From: Deltaproteobacteria bacterium
Lineage (GTDB): Bacteria > Desulfobacterota > Syntrophia > Syntrophales > JAAYKM01
Length of the DNA stretch: 64,000 nt
Assembly (NCBI GenBank): GCA_012522415.1
Contig: JAAYKM010000047.1
Coordinates: forward strand, 2,915 to 66,914
Direction of reading: 5' to 3'
A program made the translations under genes and the position numbers. The notes under the pieces were generated by a model. It had not been told where the DNA came from. It searched no databases and worked only from the letters and a program-made list of their open reading frames with translations. Shown here piece by piece: positions 1-8,411 of this stretch; position 1 is the stretch's first letter, and each line of letters begins with the position of its first letter.

Positions 1-231
1 CCAGCAAACACGACAAAAACTATGATGTATCTACCGATTTTCACGATAAATCTCTCCTTTCGCCATGTCCGGAAGAGCTTTTGTTCTTAAGATATCCCCG
101 TATTTCTCGCAGTTGAACAGAATCCGCACCCTTGCCGTCAAATACCTGACTCTTCGTTTCGCCAAATAATTGACTTAATGCGTTTATATAATGGTTATTT
201 TTTATGTGCAACAGTAAATATTGTGAATTCT

Positions 232-1407
232 TCACATTTTTGTCGATGACAGGAGCCGTTGCGGCTCCCCAAGTAGAAATGAGCCCTCTCTAATCCATTC
301 TTTCAATATATTCGCGATCTTTCGGGCCTTATGGTAACTAGACAGCGGTGCTGTTGTGATGCTTTGACCATTGAGGATGATTTGGCCGCTCCTCAGGTCC
401 TCATAACTGACTTCGCCCAGGCTTTTGCCGACCCCCTTCGGGTAGTCCATGCTGTAATCATAAATCTGTGTGTAAATATCACCGTCCCTTACAGCCGTGT
501 ATCGTGCCATGTCCTCATTCAGGATGGGAATCGGTATCCCGATACCGACATACAGGGAAACACCATAACCCAGGATACTTGCACCCACGATCCACTCCGG
601 ACTCATCTCCTTCAGATTGCCGATCGTGGCAATGGTTCCCGCTCCACCCCGAGGTACACCGTTCCCTCCTCTCAGCACATCCGGGTCATGCTGCGTGCCT
701 TCCCAGGCAACAAAGCCCTGCGCGCCACCCAGGAAAATCCGTGTTCCCACGCCAATCGTTTTATACAAGGGATCATTGAACAGAGGGCTCAACTGGCCGG
801 ATGTGGCATAGTTGGCATTGGCCATCTTCGGCCGCAACACCCCCATGTAGGTATAGATTGTCCGATCGGACATGTTAACGGCGCAGTTGTAGTTCTGGTA
901 CGCATTCCGCGGATTAAAAAGGATGGCGTCCTTGAGGTCTTTCAAGGTAATCGTTTTTTCGATCTTCCTGGCGGGGTAGCAATCCGTTCCATATCCCTCC
1001 GCCCTTAGACGAATCACTTTTCCGGTCACCAGCGCTTCGATAACGTGCCCGCCTCCATAGTGAAACTGCCCTGGATAGACACTGTTCAAAGGATCCCCTT
1101 CAACGATTTCCGTAGCACCGATGTAGCAATCCACGGCGGCAATACCGCCATAGGCGGGGACATCGTTGAGCCATACCCTGGAAGCCCTGATCTTGGGAGA
1201 AGTATGACCAAAATTCAGGAAAGCACCGGAGGAACACATCGGACTGAAAGTTCCCGTGGTCACGACATCAATTTTTCGGGCGGCGTCAACTTCTCCATGC
1301 TGTGCCACGATATCGATCATCTCTTCGGCCGTAACGACGACGGCTTGCCCTTGTTTTATCTTTTTATTGATTTCCTTGATGCTTTTCTGAACTTTGTTTT
1401 TCTTCAT
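232..1407 (-). CDS. COG1900/DUF39-family homocysteine biosynthesis protein
   Basis: The translation contains DUF39 blocks: VVTTGTFSPMCSSGAFLNFGH, LNDVPAYGGIAAVD, YGGGHVIEALV, GTDCYP, NPRNAYQNYN, GTRIFLGG. I trimmed the start to the internal ATG at 1407 (MKKNKVQ...) because the longer ORF (to 1596) would overlap dut. A weak GAGG lies upstream. Confidence 0.8.
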   Translation of the reverse strand: MKKNKVQKSIKEINKKIKQGQAVVVTAEEMIDIVAQHGEVDAARKIDVVTTGTFSPMCSSGAFLNFGHTSPKIRASRVWLNDVPAYGGIAAVDCYIGATEIVEGDPLNSVYPGQFHYGGGHVIEALVTGKVIRLRAEGYGTDCYPARKIEKTITLKDLKDAILFNPRNAYQNYNCAVNMSDRTIYTYMGVLRPKMANANYATSGQLSPLFNDPLYKTIGVGTRIFLGGAQGFVAWEGTQHDPDVLRGGNGVPRGGAGTIATIGNLKEMSPEWIVGASILGYGVSLYVGIGIPIPILNEDMARYTAVRDGDIYTQIYDYSMDYPKGVGKSLGEVSYEDLRSGQIILNGQSITTAPLSSYHKARKIANILKEWIREGSFLLGEPQRLLSSTKM

Positions 1408-1528
1408 GACGCGGGACCTCAAGAGAGATGCTGTACAACCCTGTTCTTCGATAGCATAAACGTGATAAATAATCCATATTTCCGTCGACCAAACGGTTTT
1501 CCGCCATGGTTTCCGAATCAGACTCAGG

Positions 1529-1984
1529 CTATGCCGTTCGGGTGTGACCGAAACCGCCTGCCCCTCTGGCCGTTTCATCCAAGGTAGGGCTTTCATCCCA
1601 GCGGGCTCTGGCGATCTGTTGAACGATCATCTGGGCAATCCGGTCGCCACGGTTGATTTTAAAGGGTTTTTGTCCGTGATTAATCAGTATAACCCCGATC
1701 TCGCCCCGGTAATCCGCATCGATGGTTCCGGGGGCGTTCAACACGGTAACACCGAATTCCATCGCCAAACCGCTTCGCGGTCTGATTTGCGCCTCATAGC
1801 CCGCCGGCAGGGAAATAGCAAAACCGGCAGGAATTTTTTTCCATTCCCCCGGTTGAAGGATAACCGTTCGATCAACAGCCGCACGGACATCCATGCCCGC
1901 GGCGTGATCGGTCATGTACCGGGGAAGCCCGATATCCTCCTGCCCTGGATCTTTCTTGATACGGATACAGACCTCCTCTGTCAC
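1529..1984 (-). CDS. dut: dUTP diphosphatase
   Basis: 151 aa with dUTPase motifs AAGMDVRA, RPRSGLA, GTIDADYRGEIGVIL, RIAQ and a C-terminal GGFGHT. Confidence 0.95.
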   Translation of the reverse strand: MTEEVCIRIKKDPGQEDIGLPRYMTDHAAGMDVRAAVDRTVILQPGEWKKIPAGFAISLPAGYEAQIRPRSGLAMEFGVTVLNAPGTIDADYRGEIGVILINHGQKPFKINRGDRIAQMIVQQIARARWDESPTLDETARGAGGFGHTRTA

Positions 1985-3237
1985 AGGGTCCCCCTCATTT
2001 CATCGACCAGATCGGGATCAACGCGACCTACGGCGACCATCGAAAGCCTGTCCAACGCAAACATCTCCTCCATCAGATCAGCAATATCCTGCCGGGAAAC
2101 GCCTTCAATTCTTTCCATAACCTCATCCCACGGAATCTGTCGGCCAAAGCAGAACTCATTCTTGGCCAGGCGGGTCATCCGGTTATCCGTGCTTTCCATG
2201 CTGAGGAGAAAGTTCCCCTTGATCATTTCCTTGGCGTTTCTCAGTTCCCTGTCGTTTAAAGAATGATCTCGGAGACGTTTGATCTCACTGTACACCAGAC
2301 GAATGACCTGGCGGATTTCGTCTGCCCCGGTGGCGGCATAAATTCCAAGCATACCCGCATCCAGATAAGAATTCAGGTAAGATTGAATGTCATAAACCAG
2401 GCCGCGTTTTTCTCTGATTTCCTGAAAGAGACGGGAACTCATGCTTCCACCCAGAAAAGCGTTCAACAGAAAGGCCGCATACCTTCTGGGATCCGTGGAC
2501 GAAGGAGCCGGACAGCCAAGGACGAGGTGAACCTGTTCCAGTTCTTTGAAAACCACGGACGGAACGATGCGGGGTATGGGTGAAACATTTGGGTACGCTT
2601 CATCCGTACCGTTGAGGGATTCAAAATGGCGGGAAACCAAATCGAACAATTGATCGTGCTGAAGCCTCCCGGCCACCGAGATAACGAGATTGCGTCCCCG
2701 ATAATTACGATTGAAAAAGTGGACAATCTGCTCTCTTGTAAGACCGGATATACTGTCCTGGGTCCCCATGATCGGACGGGCGAGAGGATGGCCGTCCCAG
2801 AGTCGGCCTTCAAAAATATCGTGGATATATTCATCCGGAGAATCCTCCAGGGAACGGATCTCCTGATGGATTACCGATTTTTCCCTTTCAATTTCTACGG
2901 ATTGGAAGCGTGAGTTTCTTAAAATATCGGCCAGGAGCTCAATGGCCAGCTCAAGGCAGTAATCGGGAACCTTGACATAGAAGGCGGTGATTTCTTTTCC
3001 CGTGGACGCGTTGATGACGCCGCCCACCGCGTCGATAGCAGAGGCGATTTCCAAAGGGGACCGATTTTCGGTCCCCTTGAAAAGCATATGCTCGATGAAA
3101 TGGGCTATCCCATTGGTTGCTCCATCTTCATGGCGGGAACCACAATGAACCCATACACCCATGGACACGGAGCGGACATGATTGATTTCTTCTGAAACGA
3201 CACGAATCCCGTTAGCGAGGAGGGCCTTGCTGACCAT
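1981..3237 (-). CDS. M16-family zinc peptidase (insulinase/pitrilysin-like)
   Basis: 418 aa with the inverted zinc motif HFIEHMLFKG (HxxEH). It sits directly downstream of pnp, as in many bacteria. GGGAG lies upstream of the ATG. Confidence 0.85.
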   Translation of the reverse strand: MVSKALLANGIRVVSEEINHVRSVSMGVWVHCGSRHEDGATNGIAHFIEHMLFKGTENRSPLEIASAIDAVGGVINASTGKEITAFYVKVPDYCLELAIELLADILRNSRFQSVEIEREKSVIHQEIRSLEDSPDEYIHDIFEGRLWDGHPLARPIMGTQDSISGLTREQIVHFFNRNYRGRNLVISVAGRLQHDQLFDLVSRHFESLNGTDEAYPNVSPIPRIVPSVVFKELEQVHLVLGCPAPSSTDPRRYAAFLLNAFLGGSMSSRLFQEIREKRGLVYDIQSYLNSYLDAGMLGIYAATGADEIRQVIRLVYSEIKRLRDHSLNDRELRNAKEMIKGNFLLSMESTDNRMTRLAKNEFCFGRQIPWDEVMERIEGVSRQDIADLMEEMFALDRLSMVAVGRVDPDLVDEMRGTL

Positions 3238-5344
3238 TTTCTCCCAAGGCTTCCTTTCTACTGAGGCGGATCTTTCCCTGCTTATCGATTTCCAGGACTT
3301 TTACATTCACTTCGTCCCCTTCTTGAAGAATATCCGTGACCTTATTGACGCGTTCCCTGGCCAGTTGCGAAATGTGAACCAAGCCTTCCATTCCGGGCAA
3401 AATTTCCACAAAAGCACCGAAATCCACCACGCGCTTGACCGTTCCACGATAAATTTTCCCGACTTCCGCCTCCTCGGTCAGCAATTTAACCATGCATACG
3501 GCGCGTTCTGCGGCTTCCGCATCGGAGGAGGCGATGGTAACCGTTCCGTCATCCTCCACATCAATCTTCACACCCGTTTCACTGACAATTTGCCGAATAT
3601 TCTTGCCGCCGGATCCAATGACATCCCGGACCCGGTCCGGCCTGACCTTGACCGTCGTGATTCTGGGAGCATAAATGGAAATATCCTGTCTTGGTTTACT
3701 CAACGTCTCCATCAGTTTGTCGATAATATGAAAGCGGCCTTCTTTGGCCTGATCCAAAGCCTTTCGGAGCACTTCCTCCGGCAGACGATCGATTTTGATA
3801 TCCATTTGCAGGGAGGTAACGCCCTTCTTTGTTCCACAGACCTTAAAATCCATGTCACCACAATGATCTTCGTCTCCCAGGATGTCCGACAGAATCACGA
3901 CTTCGTCCTTTTCTTTGAGAAGGCCCATGGCAATTCCGGCGGCAACTCCCTTGACGGGAACCCCCGCATCCATTAGGGCAAGCATGCCGGCACAGACCGT
4001 CGCCATGGAGGAGGAACCGTTGGACGAAAGAATTTCCGAAACAATTCGTATCGTATAGGGGAAGGCATCCGTATCCGGCAGAATGGGCACCAGGGCCCGT
4101 CTGGCCAAGGCGCCATGGCCAATTTCCCGACGCCCGGGGCTTCTCAGGGGTTTCGCCTCGCCAACACAGTAGGGAGGAAAGTTATAGTGGAGAATAAATG
4201 ATCGCATCTCTTCACCGACAATGTAGTCCATCCGCTGTTCATCCTGGGACGTACCCAGTGTCAACGCGGACAGGGACTGCGTTTCCCCCCGATTGAAGAG
4301 TGCTGATCCGTGCGCCCGGGGCAACAGACCGACTTCGGAGCTGATGGGTCTGATATCCTTTGTCCCCCGATCGTCAATCCGCTTACGTTCATTGATAATC
4401 ATATCCCGTAGGATACGGCTTTCCATTTTTTCCAAGATCCCGGAAATGGCCGGTTTTAACTTGCCGTCCTCCCCGGATAGCTCTGCAATGACCGCTTTTC
4501 TGATTTCATCAAGACGGGAATAGCGGTCCTGTTTTCGGTGTATATGGTAGGCTGCCTTCAAATCAGCTTCGGCCTTCGCTGTCACGTGGGCCAGCAGTGT
4601 TTCGTCAATCGGTTCGACCACGATTTCTCGCCTGGGTTTACCGATCTCTCTTTTCATCTTGATCTGAAGGTCAATGGCCGGACGCATGGCGTTGAGACCG
4701 AAGGCAATCGCATCTACGATGACAGCGTCATCCACTTCATCGGCGCCTCCCTCGAGCATGATCAGGTTCACGTCATATCCATCTCCCTGCTCGTGTTCAA
4801 TCATCCGGCCTGCCAAGAAAAGATTGAGATCACTCTCCGCCATTTCATCAATGGATGCGTTGCAGACGAAATTCCCGTTGATCCTTCCCACCCTGATCGC
4901 CGCAATGGGTCCTTTAAAAGGGATATCCGAAATTTCCAGGGCTGCGGAAGCGGCCAGAAGGGCCGTCACATCGGGATCATGCTCCATATCAACGGAAAGA
5001 ACCGTCGCGACCACCTGAGTCTCGTGATGGTAACCTTTGGGGAACAAGGGCCGAATGGACCGGTCGATGATACGAGACGTTAAAATTTCCCGCTCGTTTG
5101 GGCGACCTTCCCGCTTGAAAAACCCGCCGGGTATTTTACCCGCCGCAAAAGTCAGCTCCTGATAATCCACGGTCAGGGGAAGAAAATCCAGACCTTCCCG
5201 TTTCTCCTTCAAAGAGACCACCGTAACAAGCACCACGGTGTCTCCATAAGTCGCAAAAACCGCCCCATCGGCCTGAGCGGCGACATAATCAGTTTTCAGG
5301 GAAAGTCGTTTCCCTGAAAATTCGGTCAAATATTCGTTACTCAT
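3212..5344 (-). CDS. pnp: polyribonucleotide nucleotidyltransferase (PNPase)
   Basis: 710 aa with two RNase PH-like halves plus KH (GSGGKNIR) and S1 (GKIYRGTVKRVVDFGAFVEILPG) domains. It follows rpsO. Confidence 0.97.
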   Translation of the reverse strand: MSNEYLTEFSGKRLSLKTDYVAAQADGAVFATYGDTVVLVTVVSLKEKREGLDFLPLTVDYQELTFAAGKIPGGFFKREGRPNEREILTSRIIDRSIRPLFPKGYHHETQVVATVLSVDMEHDPDVTALLAASAALEISDIPFKGPIAAIRVGRINGNFVCNASIDEMAESDLNLFLAGRMIEHEQGDGYDVNLIMLEGGADEVDDAVIVDAIAFGLNAMRPAIDLQIKMKREIGKPRREIVVEPIDETLLAHVTAKAEADLKAAYHIHRKQDRYSRLDEIRKAVIAELSGEDGKLKPAISGILEKMESRILRDMIINERKRIDDRGTKDIRPISSEVGLLPRAHGSALFNRGETQSLSALTLGTSQDEQRMDYIVGEEMRSFILHYNFPPYCVGEAKPLRSPGRREIGHGALARRALVPILPDTDAFPYTIRIVSEILSSNGSSSMATVCAGMLALMDAGVPVKGVAAGIAMGLLKEKDEVVILSDILGDEDHCGDMDFKVCGTKKGVTSLQMDIKIDRLPEEVLRKALDQAKEGRFHIIDKLMETLSKPRQDISIYAPRITTVKVRPDRVRDVIGSGGKNIRQIVSETGVKIDVEDDGTVTIASSDAEAAERAVCMVKLLTEEAEVGKIYRGTVKRVVDFGAFVEILPGMEGLVHISQLARERVNKVTDILQEGDEVNVKVLEIDKQGKIRLSRKEALGENGQQGPPR

Positions 5345-5407
5345 TGATTTGTTTTCCTTTTCATTCCAATTGTGGGTGATGGTCTGTCCGTATGCCTTAC
5401 CGGCAAA

Positions 5408-5474
5408 GCCAAAAGCTCAGAAACCCGCTTTTGCCCATCCCCGGACATGTTGTTCCAGAAATCCCGCCAAAAGC
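5408..5474 (-). promoter_or_regulatory. rpsO-pnp intercistronic leader with mutually exclusive hairpins
   Basis: On the plus strand, GCCAAAAGC occurs at 5408-5416 and again at 5466-5474. These flank GCTTTTGCC at 5427-5435, which can pair with either copy (7 contiguous bp). Confidence 0.35.
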
Positions 5475-5484
5475 ATACCCCCCG

Positions 5485-5751
5485 TTACTTACGCAATCCC
5501 AGACGCGAAATAATACTGCGGTATCTTTCCAGTTCCGTTTTCTTCAGGTAATCGAGCAATCGCCGCCTCTGACCAACCAGTTTTAAAAGACCTCGCCGGG
5601 AATGATGATCCTTCTTGTGTGTCTTGAAATGCTCCGTCAGGTATTCAATTCTGGCGCTCAACAACGCAATCTGCACTTCAGGGGAACCTGTATCATCCTC
5701 ATGCAGCTTGAATTTGTCGATAATCTCGCTCCTTTTTTCTACATCTAACAC
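5485..5751 (-). CDS. rpsO: 30S ribosomal protein S15
   Basis: 88 aa with S15-type sequence ([45 protein letters not shown]). GTG start with GGAGG 8-9 nt upstream. Confidence 0.95.
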   Translation of the reverse strand: MLDVEKRSEIIDKFKLHEDDTGSPEVQIALLSARIEYLTEHFKTHKKDHHSRRGLLKLVGQRRRLLDYLKKTELERYRSIISRLGLRK

Positions 5752-5815
5752 CGTTTCATCCTCCCTCGGTTTATTTGAAACTCTCCTTTATTTTAATATC
5801 GCTTCTTTCAATAAA

Positions 5816-6745
5816 CTATTTAAAAACCCGAAGCATTCGGGCCACGGGGCTGCTCTTGTCACGGGAACGCATCTCCTCCGTCCCGCAGAGCATCTCCGCT
5901 ACAGCCACGAGCCCCGTCTCGGCGGAAAGCAACTTTAACACATCTCCCGGGGCAAGGAAAGGGATATGATCGGCCCCCAAATCGCCGCCGGTCAATTGAA
6001 CGCCTTGGCGCACCCTTCTTGCCAGAGGCTCATCCACACGAAGACTCTTCAGCCCCGGGATCGCCTGTTCAAGTGGAATCAGGGAAGTCAAAAGCCGGTC
6101 CTTCTTCTGTCCGTCCGTCAATCCCTCCAGAGCCAGCGCCGTCTCCTCCTTGAAAAACCCGCTCCTGGTTCTTCGCAAAGCCTCCAACGCAGCCCCACAG
6201 CCCAGGGTCTCCCCGATATCGGAACAGAGGGACCGGATGTAGGTTCCTTTCGAACAGGCAACATGAATCGTTACCCTCGGCATGTTTATTGCTCGTATCA
6301 CCGCAGCATAAACTTCCACGGTCCGTGGGGGCGGCGTTACCGTAATGCCCCTCCGCGCCCATCGGTAGAGCGGTTTCCCCTTGAATTTGACCGCCGAATA
6401 GAGGGGGGGAACCTGTAGTTTTTCCCCGACGAGGGCGTCGATTACCCGGACCAGGTCGCCTGCAGAGACATCGGGCATCCTCTTCGACAGAACATTGCCG
6501 GTGATGTCCAGCGTATCCGTATGAATCCCAAGCAGAAGCGTCGCCTGATATTCCTTGCTGTCCGTTACCAGAAACGGGGCAAGCTTCGTGCCCCTGTTGA
6601 TCAGAACGGGCAAAACCCCCGTTGCCAGGGGATCAAGCGTGCCTGTATGGCCGACTTTGTCGGCTTTCAGGGTACTTTTTATTTCCGCCACGATATCATG
6701 AGAGGTTTTACCAGACGGTTTATCAATGATTACCAGGCCATCCAT
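5816..6745 (-). CDS. truB: tRNA pseudouridine(55) synthase
   Basis: 309 aa with the N-terminal GLVIIDKPSGKTSHD and catalytic GHTGTLDPLATGVL motifs. It sits in the conserved rbfA-truB-rpsO position. Confidence 0.95.
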   Translation of the reverse strand: MDGLVIIDKPSGKTSHDIVAEIKSTLKADKVGHTGTLDPLATGVLPVLINRGTKLAPFLVTDSKEYQATLLLGIHTDTLDITGNVLSKRMPDVSAGDLVRVIDALVGEKLQVPPLYSAVKFKGKPLYRWARRGITVTPPPRTVEVYAAVIRAINMPRVTIHVACSKGTYIRSLCSDIGETLGCGAALEALRRTRSGFFKEETALALEGLTDGQKKDRLLTSLIPLEQAIPGLKSLRVDEPLARRVRQGVQLTGGDLGADHIPFLAPGDVLKLLSAETGLVAVAEMLCGTEEMRSRDKSSPVARMLRVFK

Positions 6746-6748
6746 TGA

Positions 6749-7702
6749 CTACAGAACCGATCGCACAACATTCAGCACACGCTGGTGAACATCGGAAAAA
6801 TCGCCCTCAATGACACAGGCCGACGCATTCGTATGGCCTCCGCCGCCAAAGAACCGGGCGATTTTCTCGACATCCACCCTGTCCTTAGAGCGAAGACTCA
6901 GCTTGAACAGATCCGTCTCCGTCTCAATATAAAAGATCGCCACATCCACCCCCTGGATCGTCCGGGGTATATCGACGAAATTCTCCGTGTACTCAAGCTT
7001 CGCCCCCAACGTATTGAGGGTCTCCTGAAAGACCGCCATCGACCCCACCCGCCCGTCGATGTCAAGCCTCATCGTTTCAAGCACCTTCCCCAACAACTGG
7101 ATCTTCACCGGCGGGTTGTTTTCGTAAATATGCTCGGAAATCCATTGGGGATCCGCACCACAGCCGACAAGATTCGCTGCGGCCAACAAGGTTTCCTTTG
7201 TTGTACTGCTGTACCGAAAACCGCCAGAGTCAGTCAGAATGGCCGTGTAAAGATTCGTCGCCAATTCCCAGGAAATATCCAGCGACATGGCCACGACCAG
7301 TCGATAGAGCAACTCCCCGGTGGAACTGGCTGCCGGGTCGATGTAAGAAACATGACAGAAGCCGTCATTCGAAATATGATGATCAATATTCAGAAGCAGC
7401 TTGATCTTCGCAACATCCGAAGCCCGCTCGCCTACCCGTTCTATGTTGCCGCAATCGAGAATAACCGCCGCATCGAAGCGATCAAGATCATCAACAGCAT
7501 GGACGATCACCTCGCTTCCAGGCAGAAAACGGTAGTTCTCCGGAACTTCATCCTGATTGTACACGACAACGTCCTTTCCCAGGAAACGCAGAAGATGGTA
7601 CAGGGCCAACTCCGATCCCAGGGCGTCACCATCCGGCCTGACGTGGGACGTCACAAGAAATCGTTTGTTCCCCTTGATTTGTTCAATGATTTTTTGCAGC
7701 AT
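6749..7702 (-). CDS. DHH/DHHA1-family phosphoesterase (NrnA-like oligoribonuclease/pAp phosphatase)
   Basis: 317 aa with motifs SHVRPDGDALGS, DHH (NIDHHISN) and GGGGH near the C-terminus. Confidence 0.85.
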   Translation of the reverse strand: MLQKIIEQIKGNKRFLVTSHVRPDGDALGSELALYHLLRFLGKDVVVYNQDEVPENYRFLPGSEVIVHAVDDLDRFDAAVILDCGNIERVGERASDVAKIKLLLNIDHHISNDGFCHVSYIDPAASSTGELLYRLVVAMSLDISWELATNLYTAILTDSGGFRYSSTTKETLLAAANLVGCGADPQWISEHIYENNPPVKIQLLGKVLETMRLDIDGRVGSMAVFQETLNTLGAKLEYTENFVDIPRTIQGVDVAIFYIETETDLFKLSLRSKDRVDVEKIARFFGGGGHTNASACVIEGDFSDVHQRVLNVVRSVL

Positions 7703-8057
7703 GATCTCCGTTCTGGCTCTCCAATTCCATCAATATTCGGTCGATCCGGCTACCGTAGGCAAAAGACGGATCCTGGCGGAAGATAATTTCCGGAACATAC
7801 CGCAGTTGCAGCCTTCGCCCCAACCCCTTCCGGATAAAGCCCGCCGCTTTCTTCAGTCCGTCCCAAGTTTCCTGGCGGCAAACATCCCGACCCATTTCAA
7901 CAAAAAAAACTTTGGCAACCCTCAGATCGTCGCTGACCTTTACGCCGGTAATGGTGAGAAGGCCGATCCGAGGGTCACGGATCTCCTTGAGGAGAATCTC
8001 CGCGAGTTCCGACTGAATGAGCTCGGCCACCCGGTCCGCTCTTTTAAAATTCGTCAT
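7683..8057 (-). CDS. rbfA: ribosome-binding factor A
   Basis: 124 aa with an RbfA-like N-terminus (RADRVAELIQSELAEIL...DPRIGLLTITGVKVSDDLRVAKVF). It sits downstream of infB. Confidence 0.9.
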   Translation of the reverse strand: MTNFKRADRVAELIQSELAEILLKEIRDPRIGLLTITGVKVSDDLRVAKVFFVEMGRDVCRQETWDGLKKAAGFIRKGLGRRLQLRYVPEIIFRQDPSFAYGSRIDRILMELESQNGDHAAKNH

Positions 8058-8382
8058 ACTTTTCTACATTTCCTTCCCAAGGGTCCAGCAAATCGTCCAT
8101 ACTCATAATCTCCATCTTGCTCTTCACAATCTCCGCCACATGCAAGCTGTCTATGAAATCGAGAATATGGTCCATTTTCGCATTGATATACTGTTTCTCA
8201 TTGCCGACCACACAGAACCCGATACGGGCACGTTTCCACTGGTCATTGTCGCCCACTTCGGCAATCGACACATTGAACTCGTTCTGTGTGCGCTTCAGCA
8301 CACGCTTCAGCACCCCCCTCTTTTCCTTCAACGACCGGCATCCCGGCATGAAAATATCGATAACAGCCAATCCCGCCACCAT
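8044..8382 (-). CDS. DUF503 (YlxP-like) protein
   Basis: 112 aa. The motif PGCRSLKEKRGVLKRVL..FNVSIAEVGDND.W is typical of DUF503 genes found between infB and rbfA. Confidence 0.75.
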   Translation of the reverse strand: MVAGLAVIDIFMPGCRSLKEKRGVLKRVLKRTQNEFNVSIAEVGDNDQWKRARIGFCVVGNEKQYINAKMDHILDFIDSLHVAEIVKSKMEIMSMDDLLDPWEGNVEKYDEF

Positions 8383-8411
8383 CTTTATTTTCTCTTTTGC
8401 ACTCGATCCGA

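Noticed and set aside
41-235. A 64-aa minus-strand ORF downstream of the DUF39 gene. I considered it as a partner protein or small regulator.
   Set aside because: It sits in an A+T-rich tail and starts at a GTG overlapping the DUF39 stop. I recognise no motif, and it does not resemble the NIL/ferredoxin partner often linked to DUF39 genes. The window edge prevents further judgement.
6785-7786. A 333-aa plus-strand ORF antisense to the DHH/NrnA gene. Similar long antisense ORFs lie at 3182-3976, 22146-23300, 35351-36214, 48519-49571 and 53356-54543.
   Set aside because: Each lies exactly opposite a well-supported conserved gene. Each has Arg/Pro/Gly/His-rich, low-complexity composition typical of the reverse frame of real genes, with no RBS and no recognisable motifs.
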